The position numbers and the translations under genes are program-made. From assembly GCA_963727805.1 (NCBI GenBank), contig CAVSHF010000003.1:736001-800000 (forward strand): a stretch of 64,000 nt of DNA, given 5' to 3'. Of the stretch, positions 1-9,057 are shown in pieces. Below the pieces are notes generated by a model that was not told where the DNA came from, ran no database searches, and saw only the letters and a list, made by a program, of their open reading frames with translations. The DNA is from an uncultured Nitrospiraceae bacterium (GTDB lineage Bacteria > Nitrospirota > Thermodesulfovibrionia > Thermodesulfovibrionales > Dissulfurispiraceae). How positions within the stretch are numbered: position 1 is the stretch's first letter; each line of letters begins with the position of its first letter.

Positions 1-2491
1 CCAGGATCGAAAGTTCAGCACTTTCGAGATCGGGAAGTTTGCTGAGGCGTACTTCGCCGATCAATTCCTCGACGCCGCTGTCGTCCGTTACAGCAGCCAC
101 AAAAGCCATTTCTCTGTCATAATCAATCTGGCAAAACCTGACGAGCTTTTCGTGAGGCATGTCTTTAAGCAGGCGAGCGAATCTCGAATAGACAGATTCA
201 TCCGATAATGATTTCAATAATCGGTACATTATTGGCTCGTCTTCTGCGCGGATGGGACGGATCAGAACAGACCTTCCATCCGAGCTGATCATTTCTCTGC
301 GATATTGTGCAGGATATGGAGGGATTGATAAATGGGATGGGCAAAGGCCCCCACCCGGGATCTTCACTTCCCTAGATTCTATCTTTGCGATGTGGAGCAT
401 GCTTGCTTCAAGTGCTGTGACACCACTTTCGGAGAACAGGACTGGGTTAATATCGATCTCATCGATTTCGGGTATATCGATAATCAACTTCGAAAATCGC
501 ACCAAGACTTCTTCGAGTTTCTTCAGAGAGGCCTCGTATCTTGGCTGGCCCTTAAGAAATTGATATATCCTGGTCTCTTCCATCATGCGTCGCGCCAGGG
601 TCTGATTCAGGGGCGGGAGACCGACTGAATAGTCTTTCTCCGCTTCGCGAAGATCTCCTCCGATGCCAAATACGATCACCGAGCCGAAATTCAGGCTTCT
701 CTTAGCGCCCACCGACAGCTCGATGCCGCCTTTTTTGATTACAGGTTGGATTATGATCTTTGTGGCATTGTCTCTCAAGGTTGACGCCTTCTCCTGGAGA
801 GAATGATAAGCTTCGCAGACCTCATTATCGTCTGTTAGGTTCAGCCCTAATGTGCCATTCCCATGGTGATAGGACAACATCTCAGAGTCGAGCATCAATG
901 CAACAGGATAACCGAGCCTGTGTGCCACGGCAACGGCATCCGCTTCGCTTTGCACTTTGATTGTCTCGATGGCAGGAATGCCGTATATATTGAGTATTTC
1001 AATCGCCTCATTAAGTTGAAGCAATACGCCCTTTCGGTCTGCAACATTGGCTATTATTGTCTTCACTTTGGCAGAGTCGGCCTCGAAATCGCTGAGGATA
1101 GTCTCGGGTGTTTCACGCAGCAGTTTAAGATTGTAGTCGTATCGATACATATAGATGAAACTCTTCACCGCACGCTCAGGGGCATAATATGTTGGGATGC
1201 CGTGACTGTTGAGAAGATGCATGGCATTGTGAACAGTTTTTTCTCCCAGCCATGCGGTAAAGATCGGAATTTCGGGGTTCGTCTTGGCAGACTTCAATAC
1301 CGCTTCAGCAATACCGACAGGGTTCGCTCCCGGAAACGGCACATATATGACCAGGACGCCATCTACTCCGTCATCGTGCAGGCAAGTTGTTACAGATATC
1401 TCATAATCGGCTGGTGACGCATCTGAGAGAAGACGTACAGGATTTTCGATCTGTAACTTTGGGGCCAGATGGGATTCGATCGTAGCCGAAGTCGCGTTAT
1501 CGAGAAGCGCGAGTTCCCCGCCCATACGGTGCAGGGCATCGACAGCCATTTGTATAGGGACGACCGCATTCGAAATGACAGCCAACTGTTTTCCTCGCGG
1601 CCGCCGCTGCTTCGAAAGGGTCTCTGCCATATCGATAATATCAACCATCTCATTTACTTCTACGGCACCGGTTCTCTTGAACGCCGCTTCATATATCCTA
1701 TCTTCTCCAGCAAGAAATCCCGAGTGGGTCACCGCCATTTCCGAAGAGAGATCGAATCTCCCCGACTTTACCACAACTATGGGCTTCCGATCCGCAAAAC
1801 TCCTCACAGCAGCCATGAATCTTCTGCCGTCCTTTATCTGCTGCACATGCAGGACAATCGCGCGTGTCTGCATATCGACCCCCAGAAAATCTATGAGATC
1901 GGAAAAATTGACGTCCAGCTTGCCCCCAAGCGAGATGAAATAGCTGAATCCGACATTTTTGACGATCGCCCGCTCCAGAAATGCCGAAGAGAATATCCCG
2001 CTTTGAGAGATGAAGGCTATATTTCCTTTTTGCGGCATGGCTGTAAAAAGCCCGGCACTGAGGTTCTTTCCGGGCCTTATAAAACCAAATGTATTGGGAC
2101 CGAGTATCCTGTAACCATAAATCGAAGCAAGTTTCCTGATATCTTTTGATAAACGGTGCGAGTCTCTGATCCGATCTTCAAAATCGGGCGCCAGCATAAT
2201 CACGCCCTTTACATTTTTTTGCCCGCATTCATCAAGTGCGGCATAGATGCCTTCTGGGGCGCAGGCCACTATAGCCAAATCCACGGGATCACAAATGTGA
2301 TTGATGCTCTCGTAAGCCTCGATGCCAAGGATATTTTTATAACTGGAATTAACTGGGTAGATCGCCGCTTTTACACCGTTGTTGATCAGGTTTCTGAGCG
2401 CATAATATCCGATGGAGCTCTCGTCCTCGTCGGCGCCAAGGACGGCTATTGTTTTAGGATCAAAAAGCTCATTCAAATTTTTAAGAGACAT
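1..2491 (-). CDS. Bifunctional acyl-CoA synthetase (NDP-forming)-like / GNAT protein acetyltransferase (Pat/PatZ family); runs off the window edge
   Basis: Not in the ORF track because it is open-ended. Manual translation from ATG 2491 gives MSLKNLNELFDPKTIAVLGA...ILGPNTFG...IAFISQSG...KPIVVVKSGR, and the part near positions 1-300 reads as a GNAT domain. Confidence 0.85.
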   Translation of the reverse strand, partial: MSLKNLNELFDPKTIAVLGADEDESSIGYYALRNLINNGVKAAIYPVNSSYKNILGIEAYESINHICDPVDLAIVACAPEGIYAALDECGQKNVKGVIMLAPDFEDRIRDSHRLSKDIRKLASIYGYRILGPNTFGFIRPGKNLSAGLFTAMPQKGNIAFISQSGIFSSAFLERAIVKNVGFSYFISLGGKLDVNFSDLIDFLGVDMQTRAIVLHVQQIKDGRRFMAAVRSFADRKPIVVVKSGRFDLSSEMAVTHSGFLAGEDRIYEAAFKRTGAVEVNEMVDIIDMAETLSKQRRPRGKQLAVISNAVVPIQMAVDALHRMGGELALLDNATSATIESHLAPKLQIENPVRLLSDASPADYEISVTTCLHDDGVDGVLVIYVPFPGANPVGIAEAVLKSAKTNPEIPIFTAWLGEKTVHNAMHLLNSHGIPTYYAPERAVKSFIYMYRYDYNLKLLRETPETILSDFEADSAKVKTIIANVADRKGVLLQLNEAIEILNIYGIPAIETIKVQSEADAVAVAHRLGYPVALMLDSEMLSYHHGNGTLGLNLTDDNEVCEAYHSLQEKASTLRDNATKIIIQPVIKKGGIELSVGAKRSLNFGSVIVFGIGGDLREAEKDYSVGLPPLNQTLARRMMEETRIYQFLKGQPRYEASLKKLEEVLVRFSKLIIDIPEIDEIDINPVLFSESGVTALEASMLHIAKIESREVKIPGGGLCPSHLSIPPYPAQYRREMISSDGRSVLIRPIRAEDEPIMYRLLKSLSDESVYSRFARLLKDMPHEKLVRFCQIDYDREMAFVAAVTDDSGVEELIGEVRLSKLPDLESAELSIL

Positions 2492-2539
2492 GGCTCACCA
2501 CCTCTGTTGTCCGAAAGTACTAGCCGGGATACCTTCCAA

Positions 2540-3217
2540 TCACTGGGGCAAATATTTGCGTAATACTTCGTTAAATAACTTCTCTGGAGACATTAGGTAC
2601 TTTGGGCAATGCTTCACATCAAGACCAGCAAACTTTTCAAGAGGTATGTGAGGAAGCCTGGACAGAATAACTATGGGGACTTTCTTGTCACTCTCTCTGA
2701 TGGCTTTTACCGCCTCCAATGTGTCCTCAGTGTAATCGAATACGATCGCCACTGGGTTGTACTGGCCAAACACGAGTGACATGTCGTTAAAAGTATCCCT
2801 GGTTATGACATCGTAGCCCCCTTCGTGCAGCACCTTTCCGTAAGAGAAGCGGGATGTGGCGTCTTCATCAATCATGAGGACAACTGGAGTTTCATTTGCA
2901 GATTTCATTTTCGTGATCGTCTCGATGAGTACGCGCACGAATTCCTTGTGGTCTGGCGTCAGACTCCCTAGCTCGGCCCCGAATCCATAGATCCTCCCCT
3001 TCTTTCTGGTCGCCTGGCGCACGATGGCGCCGAACAGCATTTTCGTGTCGCCCTCATCAAACTGGATTACAAGAGCCGCACCTCTTTCCATGGGCGCCAA
3101 TGTTTCTATAAAAACACCCGATTCGCTGAGGTCTACCACTCGCGCCTTCATCGATCTGTTGATCGTTACTGGTACATCTACTTGTATACGCTTGTGCCGC
3201 CTCTTTTCTTCAGTCAT
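2540..3217 (-). CDS. PilZ domain fused to a degenerate receiver-like domain
   Basis: EKRRHKR and DLSESG PilZ motifs; C-terminal VLMIDED...PIVILS receiver-like pattern. Confidence 0.75.
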   Translation of the reverse strand: MTEEKRRHKRIQVDVPVTINRSMKARVVDLSESGVFIETLAPMERGAALVIQFDEGDTKMLFGAIVRQATRKKGRIYGFGAELGSLTPDHKEFVRVLIETITKMKSANETPVVLMIDEDATSRFSYGKVLHEGGYDVITRDTFNDMSLVFGQYNPVAIVFDYTEDTLEAVKAIRESDKKVPIVILSRLPHIPLEKFAGLDVKHCPKYLMSPEKLFNEVLRKYLPQ

Positions 3218-3533
3218 ATGCCCTCCAATTTTCCAGAATGCCTCATTCTGTGCGAATTCCGGCGTTCAAATATAGACATTGTTGCATATAAGCGTAAAAT
3301 ATGCATACTTAACAGCGTAATCGCCAAATTATAGCATAATTTAATAGAAACCATTGCCAGAAACAAAAGTTATCCCGTTGCATCAAAAGGTATTGCGTGT
3401 TTCAACTGCGCACAAGTACTCAGCCGGACACACTTAAAAGCATTTAATAGTGGTTAAAGACACAAATATGGCTAGGCATAGCACGGGGCGAAAATTGCAG
3501 TGTCGTGAGATTTATATATCTGCCCGTCGTTTT

Positions 3534-3989
3534 TTACTTTTGGGGTTTTGCAAGAAACCATGTGAATGTGCTTTCAAAGGTGACGTTCTTCCCCTCATCC
3601 ACGATCTTTACCATGACGTCCACAAGGGTCCGTCCCTTTTCCGAGAGGTCTTTCTTCGCCTTCATGGCTCTGTCTGCTTCAATAAAGCCTTTTGAAAATA
3701 GTCTTCCCTTTGCTGGGTTTCTATACTTGACTTCAACCCTCCTCACCACTGGGAAATAAGCTCCGTTCCAGTCACCAAAGTTTCTTTCCAGGATCTCACC
3801 GCTTGAGGCTTCAGCCAGTGCATATTCAGCAGATGCATGCATAGTGCCTAAATGATTCTGATATATTACACGGTCTTCAAGCATAAGAATCGTGTCGGGG
3901 ACATCCGACTTCTTTATCAATAGGATCTTATTAAAAGGCAGGTTTAAAACATTCATTTTCTCATCATCTATTACTAAAATCTTCTTCAT
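3534..3989 (-). CDS. PaaI/DUF4442-like hot-dog thioesterase
   Basis: NHLGTMHASAEYALAE motif; the first 11 aa resemble the start of a receiver domain. Confidence 0.7.
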   Translation of the reverse strand: MKKILVIDDEKMNVLNLPFNKILLIKKSDVPDTILMLEDRVIYQNHLGTMHASAEYALAEASSGEILERNFGDWNGAYFPVVRRVEVKYRNPAKGRLFSKGFIEADRAMKAKKDLSEKGRTLVDVMVKIVDEGKNVTFESTFTWFLAKPQK

Positions 3990-4220
3990 AGCTTCCTTCC
4001 CATATGTTTCCCAGAATGCTCATTACTGGGCTAATTAGCTTCATTAAAATCTTGCCAAGAGATAGAAACCAGCGGCAGGCCCCGACACAAGGTTCTGATG
4101 CATCAATTAGTGAGGTTATGCCTTAATGTATCTTTTGTCCTGCTTTATCTCGGGTCATAATCTTTTTCTCGATCTAGCATTAATTCATCTGTACCACTCT
4201 TCATTCTAACTCTCTATCAC

Positions 4221-5195
4221 CTATTTCGCCGGTTTCCATGTCTCGTCAGGGTCATACTTTTTCACAGCTTTTGCAATCTCTTCTGTTTTTGGCCCCAGGT
4301 CTTTCTCATAGACAATACCCTGTTGGTTTACCATAAAGGTCATGACGCCGGACGCCCCATACTCCGCGGGGTATGCCAGCAGGCCAAACCCGGCTGTCAT
4401 CTTGCCGTTTACTATATAATCAACTTCGCCGCCTGGAGCCTTGCTCCCCTGGCTTTTCAATATATTGAAATAATAACCATGGTATGGCTTATGCTTCTCA
4501 CCAGGTTTTCTGGCCGTGTATCCCTCGTCCGTGGCTTGCGCTACTAACGGCCCCAAAGGACTGCTTTCCTCTCCTGCTGAAGCCTTCCAGTATAGACCGT
4601 CTTTCTTGCCTTCATGGCTCCTAAATCTCTGTGCGTATTGCACCGCTCCGCTGCCATCACGGTCCTTACTGGCATATTCACGCTGCGCATCCACATAGGA
4701 CAGCGCAACCTCGATAGTGCTTAATTCATTCTTGCCTATCCTCCGGTTTATGATTTCCTGCTTGCCATCGTCCGTCGAAAAGACCCATTCCTGACCTGAT
4801 CTCACAATAGGAATAGGAAAACTACAAGCGTCCTTCCCGATTACAGCCAATACCGTATTGTCGTCTAACTTTGAAAATTTAACCGTCTCTCCGGCGGCTT
4901 CAACGAACCGTTTACGGGCATTTCTGTCTGCAACAGCATCGCCAGACGATATGATATATTTTCCCTGTGGGCCGAAGATGGCCATTAATCCCACTGTATC
5001 ATTGGTCTTTGCGGCCTCGATGAGCGCTCCAAATGCATCTTCAGGTGATTTGAACTTCTCCTGCTTTGCGTCCTGGGCAGACACTGATAAGCTAAAGGCA
5101 ATTACTGCACTTATTGCGATTATGAACCCCACTATTCGCTGTCCGTACAGGTTTCCAAGCTTTATTATATAGTTAGACATTGTCCCTTCCTCCAT
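4221..5195 (-). CDS. DUF2950 family exported protein
   Basis: Signal peptide; FPIPIV, RRIGKNEL, KPYHGYYF and YGASGVMTF motifs. Confidence 0.85.
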   Translation of the reverse strand: MEEGTMSNYIIKLGNLYGQRIVGFIIAISAVIAFSLSVSAQDAKQEKFKSPEDAFGALIEAAKTNDTVGLMAIFGPQGKYIISSGDAVADRNARKRFVEAAGETVKFSKLDDNTVLAVIGKDACSFPIPIVRSGQEWVFSTDDGKQEIINRRIGKNELSTIEVALSYVDAQREYASKDRDGSGAVQYAQRFRSHEGKKDGLYWKASAGEESSPLGPLVAQATDEGYTARKPGEKHKPYHGYYFNILKSQGSKAPGGEVDYIVNGKMTAGFGLLAYPAEYGASGVMTFMVNQQGIVYEKDLGPKTEEIAKAVKKYDPDETWKPAK

Positions 5196-5245
5196 ATATC
5201 GTTGGCATCCTGATGCTCCCTCAATAATGCACCGCAGAGCTGCTC

Positions 5246-6307
5246 TTATCGCCGCCCTCCGCCATGGAATCCTCCACTCTGCGCGCCGCCGCGGGGAGCT
5301 CCAGCACCGCCCCCATGAGGTACTCCTCCGCCCCCGTGGCCTGCAGCAGGGAGCTGGCCGGCACTCGAGCGGCTTTGGAACCCCCGATCGCTAGCAGCGT
5401 GCTCACTCTGTCTGTCCACAGAATGATGAAAGGCGCTTGAACGAGCTCCTTCAGTGCTCGGGGTTAATCCATAGCCCCGAAATTCTTTGACCGGTGCCGG
5501 CCCGGTCAACCCCCGACTTCTCTGGAACACTGCCTCTGCTCCGCCCCGTGCGCTAGGATTGGTCCCTCCCGTGCGCCCTCCAGCCGACAAATTAGCGCCG
5601 CCAAATCTGTTGGCCGGTGAGATGCGGGATATCCCACCCGTCCTGGCATCACGGAAATGATTGGTGACAAATCCTTCGTGGTCATGCCCATCATGATGCC
5701 AATGCACCCTCACATGAAAGTCTGTCAATACAAAAAAGCCGGGAAACCAGAAGTCTGACCACCAAAATGGATACGGAACCCAGTCATAAAGGTATGCATA
5801 GTCCGGAGGTGGAGCATAGTAGGTGACTGCCGGTGGGCCCTCATTATCGTAATAATCGTTTCCCCCTGTGGAATCAGGATAAGTTGGTGCAGACATGTCA
5901 TTGGCAAACCTGCCTGAGGTATCAGCAGTTACTGGTAAACTAAAGCTGCTTATCGCATCCTGAAATACTTGCAGGGCCGCATTTTTTGCGATGCTTACTT
6001 TGCCCGAGTCGGCAGACTCGCCTATTGCCGCCTCTAATTCTCCAACGATGTCGGGCGTAACAGGGTAATCGGCAATCCAGCCATTACGCGGCGCTATGCC
6101 GGCCGTGCTTAGTAAGTCTTCAGCTTCAGCCTCGTTTTCCGTTATCCCCAGCTTGAAATCGCCGGCAAGTTTGACTGCCAGGGTTCCTTCCCGGATCAGA
6201 GGCTGCGATATCGCAGAACTCGTTGTCCCCGCCGGCGGGCCTGTCTGCGCATGCACTATGAAAGGTATCATAACGAAAGCCATTAATATCATCAGCAGGC
6301 TTCTCAT
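5246..6307 (-). CDS. Exported protein with YYAPPP/WW region and Gly/Arg-rich tail
   Basis: GGAGG RBS before ATG 6307; signal peptide; directly upstream of the DUF2950 gene. Confidence 0.65.
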   Translation of the reverse strand: MRSLLMILMAFVMIPFIVHAQTGPPAGTTSSAISQPLIREGTLAVKLAGDFKLGITENEAEAEDLLSTAGIAPRNGWIADYPVTPDIVGELEAAIGESADSGKVSIAKNAALQVFQDAISSFSLPVTADTSGRFANDMSAPTYPDSTGGNDYYDNEGPPAVTYYAPPPDYAYLYDWVPYPFWWSDFWFPGFFVLTDFHVRVHWHHDGHDHEGFVTNHFRDARTGGISRISPANRFGGANLSAGGRTGGTNPSARGGAEAVFQRSRGLTGPAPVKEFRGYGLTPSTEGARSSAFHHSVDRQSEHAASDRGFQSRSSAGQLPAAGHGGGGVPHGGGAGAPRGGAQSGGFHGGGRR

Positions 6308-6745
6308 TTTTAAACCTCCTTGATCCGTCCATAATGAGGAACTGACCAACTATTTATAGTATGATTAAAAATTTACTAATGCACAACTTCTCAGTCCGTT
6401 CACGGCCTGAAATGTGTGCGCACTGGTACATTCATTCTGTTCATGTTTATCAGATTCCTAAAAAGAGTTGTTCGCGGTTGTTTGTATTCGCTAAAAGGCA
6501 CAACGCAGCATTTTCAACGTGTGCATAGCGCAAAAAGATACTTCTCCTTGTCAATTCTCGATCCAATGAACCTTTAAACTAAAGGTCTCACTTAGAACAT
6601 TATTAAAGCGGGCACAACACTAACGGGGAGGTTGAGAGGGCTTAGGTCCCATCGGGTACTAACACCACTAAACTTCCGAGCGGTCATGTGATAGATCACA
6701 TGAGCCGGACCTTAGATAGGTGCCGGCCCTCCTCTCCATCAGTCC

Positions 6746-7189
6746 TTACGGTTGTTTAAAAATGTCCGTTACGATTAAAACTGCCGGACTTGTCCCTTTG
6801 TTCTCGAGCCAGTGGATCACATTCCCCTCTTCGGACCAGTTTTGCCCCGCCCCATACTCTTTCGCCACGTCGCCACGGTGTTCCATAACTGTTCCCTTAA
6901 GGATATATGCAGCTCCGGGCCGATCTTTGTGACTATGTACTGCGAGGACTCCGCCAGGCTCGATCGTTAGCATCCGGAGCCGGAGCTGCCGACCTTGCAT
7001 CCCAATGATCTCAGGACCGAGGTCCACTACGGAAAGCGGAGTAATGGTTATACCTTTGTTCTCAGTCGGCGCAGCCTGCTGAGCGCTCGCGTTACCAACT
7101 CCGATGGCAAGCCCGAACCCCAGGAGCCATGCGGCGATTATAACAGTGCCAAAGAGAGCCCTAATACTAAAACATTTTTTCGTAGCCAT
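6746..7189 (-). CDS. Exported cupin-domain protein
   Basis: Signal peptide; IEPGG...HSH and HWLEN cupin motifs. Confidence 0.8.
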   Translation of the reverse strand: MATKKCFSIRALFGTVIIAAWLLGFGLAIGVGNASAQQAAPTENKGITITPLSVVDLGPEIIGMQGRQLRLRMLTIEPGGVLAVHSHKDRPGAAYILKGTVMEHRGDVAKEYGAGQNWSEEGNVIHWLENKGTSPAVLIVTDIFKQP

Positions 7190-7271
7190 AATCGTTTCCT
7201 CCGTTCTTGTTTTGTTAAAGTGTTAGCCCCTTACTTCTTATCTAGTTTAGTCTTGACCTCCACGGTAATTG

Positions 7272-7996
7272 CTACGTTTTTCCATCTCCTGCAGCACTGA
7301 GTGCACCTGGTCGAGTAGGCCGGTGGAATCGCACCACCAGCCCCTCACAGATTCCGTACGTGAACCTCTCGATTCATACGGCTCGTGTCAATCATCAAGT
7401 TGAGTCTTTGCAGTCTCAACCATACACATTGAGCGATAGTTCCTCCTGGTCACCCAGTTGACTGGTACTCTTTGTGGATTGACCCATCCCCTTCCCTCCA
7501 CGGCTTATTATCACCGCTTCATCGGTACTATTGGACGGTCCGACCCCTTCACCTGCATCGATACTTTCCCCCTTCGTTTGCACTTATAGGGTTTTCTCTT
7601 AGCATCAGATGAAGAGTTCCCGCGTTCCACACAGGAGCCTAGATCAGCTTCATGCCGCCTCTATGCCGGACGCCGTTCAGGCAGTAAACAGGTATCTCCT
7701 GAACTAATCCTGATGCAAAGTAAGAACATCAGTTTTGACGTCGTCCTTTTCCTTTCGACACCTCATCAGCGGTTCGCTTACGCTCATCTCTCTGATCCAT
7801 CCCTGACACGATCTAGTCGTGCCTTTTCCTTTAACGCTCACCACCGGAGCCTTTCGACTACAGCAGCTTAAGGTGGGTTGAAGCCTGCTCCTGCAAGCCG
7901 GCTTCGAGGGGCCAACCCTCATCTTCCTGTGCAGCCTCGTGGCGCACTTACTCGGGAATCCTTCAGAAACTCCCGACGGCTCACTCCACTCTCCAT
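7272..7996 (-). pseudogene. Short Tat-signal-like ORF interrupted by intron copy 1 (exons 7948-7996 and 7272-7309)
   Basis: AGGAGG RBS; the spliced product is MESGVSRREFLKDSRVTGALSAAGDGKT*, containing the twin-arginine motif SRREFLK. Confidence 0.55.
7310..7947 (-). mobile_element. ORF-less group II intron, copy 1 (638 nt)
   Basis: 5' end GTGCG; domain V GAGCCGTATGAATCGAGAGGTTCACGTACGG; domain VI ending CTACTCGAC; short domain IV with no RT ORF; matches 57354-57991. Confidence 0.92.
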
Positions 7997-8062
7997 AGTC
8001 CACCTCCTTCGTACCTCACATCAGCTTCCCCGAAAGTAGCTGAACATACAGCAAGTTTCTCC

Positions 8063-8132
8063 TCCGGTAGCGCCGCTATCTTATGCTATGGCCAACCACC
8101 TTCGTCCCCTCAAGCGTTTGGCTTTGTCGGGA
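8063..8132 (-). ncRNA. Possible degenerate c-di-GMP-I (GEMM) riboswitch
   Basis: Ordered GEMM-like segments CGACAAAGCCAAAC...GGGACG...GATAGCGGCGCTACCG upstream of the Tat-like ORF; the P2 stem is shortened. Confidence 0.3.
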
Positions 8133-8508
8133 CATCCTTAATTAAGTTTATAAATGCACTTTCGGGGTGTCAATCAGATTTATTTATCTGATCTGATTAT
8201 ATTTTGCAAACCATAGAGCTGATCAGTTCCTTGTGCGTGACTACAGACAGTAAGTGAGTCCGCCCCGCCTCCTGTCGCAGTAATCCTGATCGCTTCGTTT
8301 CTGAAATAGGTAAATATTTTCAACTTCTCTTAAAATATGTACTATTCTTTGGGGTTTTCAGGTGGCAGTTTCGTTGGAATGGAGGGCAGAGTTGCAACGG
8401 ACTAAGTGGTAGATTTCGCCGGAACCAGCAACATCTAATATTCTTGCTCAGTTAGAGTACTTAGCGTATTATAACAACAATGGTATTAATAATATTGAGA
8501 GCGCTCTA

Positions 8509-8835
8509 ATGAAAAAGTGTCCCTTCTGCGCTGAAGATATTCAAGACGAAGCGATAAAGTGTAAGCACTGCGGTGAGTTTCTGCATGCCTCCACCCCATC
8601 ACGCTTTGCAGAAGAAAAATTGCCATGGTATTTCCGAAAAGCCTTTATTATCCTCGCATTCCTCTCTATTGGACCTCTGGCGCTGCCCCTGATTTGGTGG
8701 CGTCCACAAACGTCGCGGGCATGGAAGATCGGACTTACCGTAGTAGTACTCGTTCTCAGTTGGATCTTGTTCCAGGCCACGATGGAATCCATTCGAATAA
8801 TCAAAGAGTATTACAAGCTACTTGAAGGAATATGA
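8509..8835 (+). CDS. Zinc-ribbon membrane protein
   Basis: CPFCAEDI...CKHCGE followed by two hydrophobic helices. Confidence 0.8.
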   Translation: MKKCPFCAEDIQDEAIKCKHCGEFLHASTPSRFAEEKLPWYFRKAFIILAFLSIGPLALPLIWWRPQTSRAWKIGLTVVVLVLSWILFQATMESIRIIKEYYKLLEGI

Positions 8836-9057
8836 AATTAGCTATAGCGCCGCCCGTTAGGATCTAACTTCATCCTCCATAACTAACGCTGCAGAAATCT
8901 CGCAAAGATGTTGATTTGGAATTCTTCATTTTTGAGAAGACTACCAAACTGAGTGCCAGCAGGTGTGATCGCAAAAAAGTGGATATGAATAGTTCGGGGT
9001 AAAATATGCAGAGTTTGGATAAGGGGACTTTCTGGAACAGTGCCCTGAGGCTGATTC

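Noticed and set aside
252..2563. Plus-strand ORFs in the first 2.5 kb
   Set aside because: Antisense shadows of the Pat-like gene.
7704..8003. ORFs 7704-8003, 57748-58026 and 57290-57505
   Set aside because: Chance frames across the group II intron RNA; no RT or maturase motifs.
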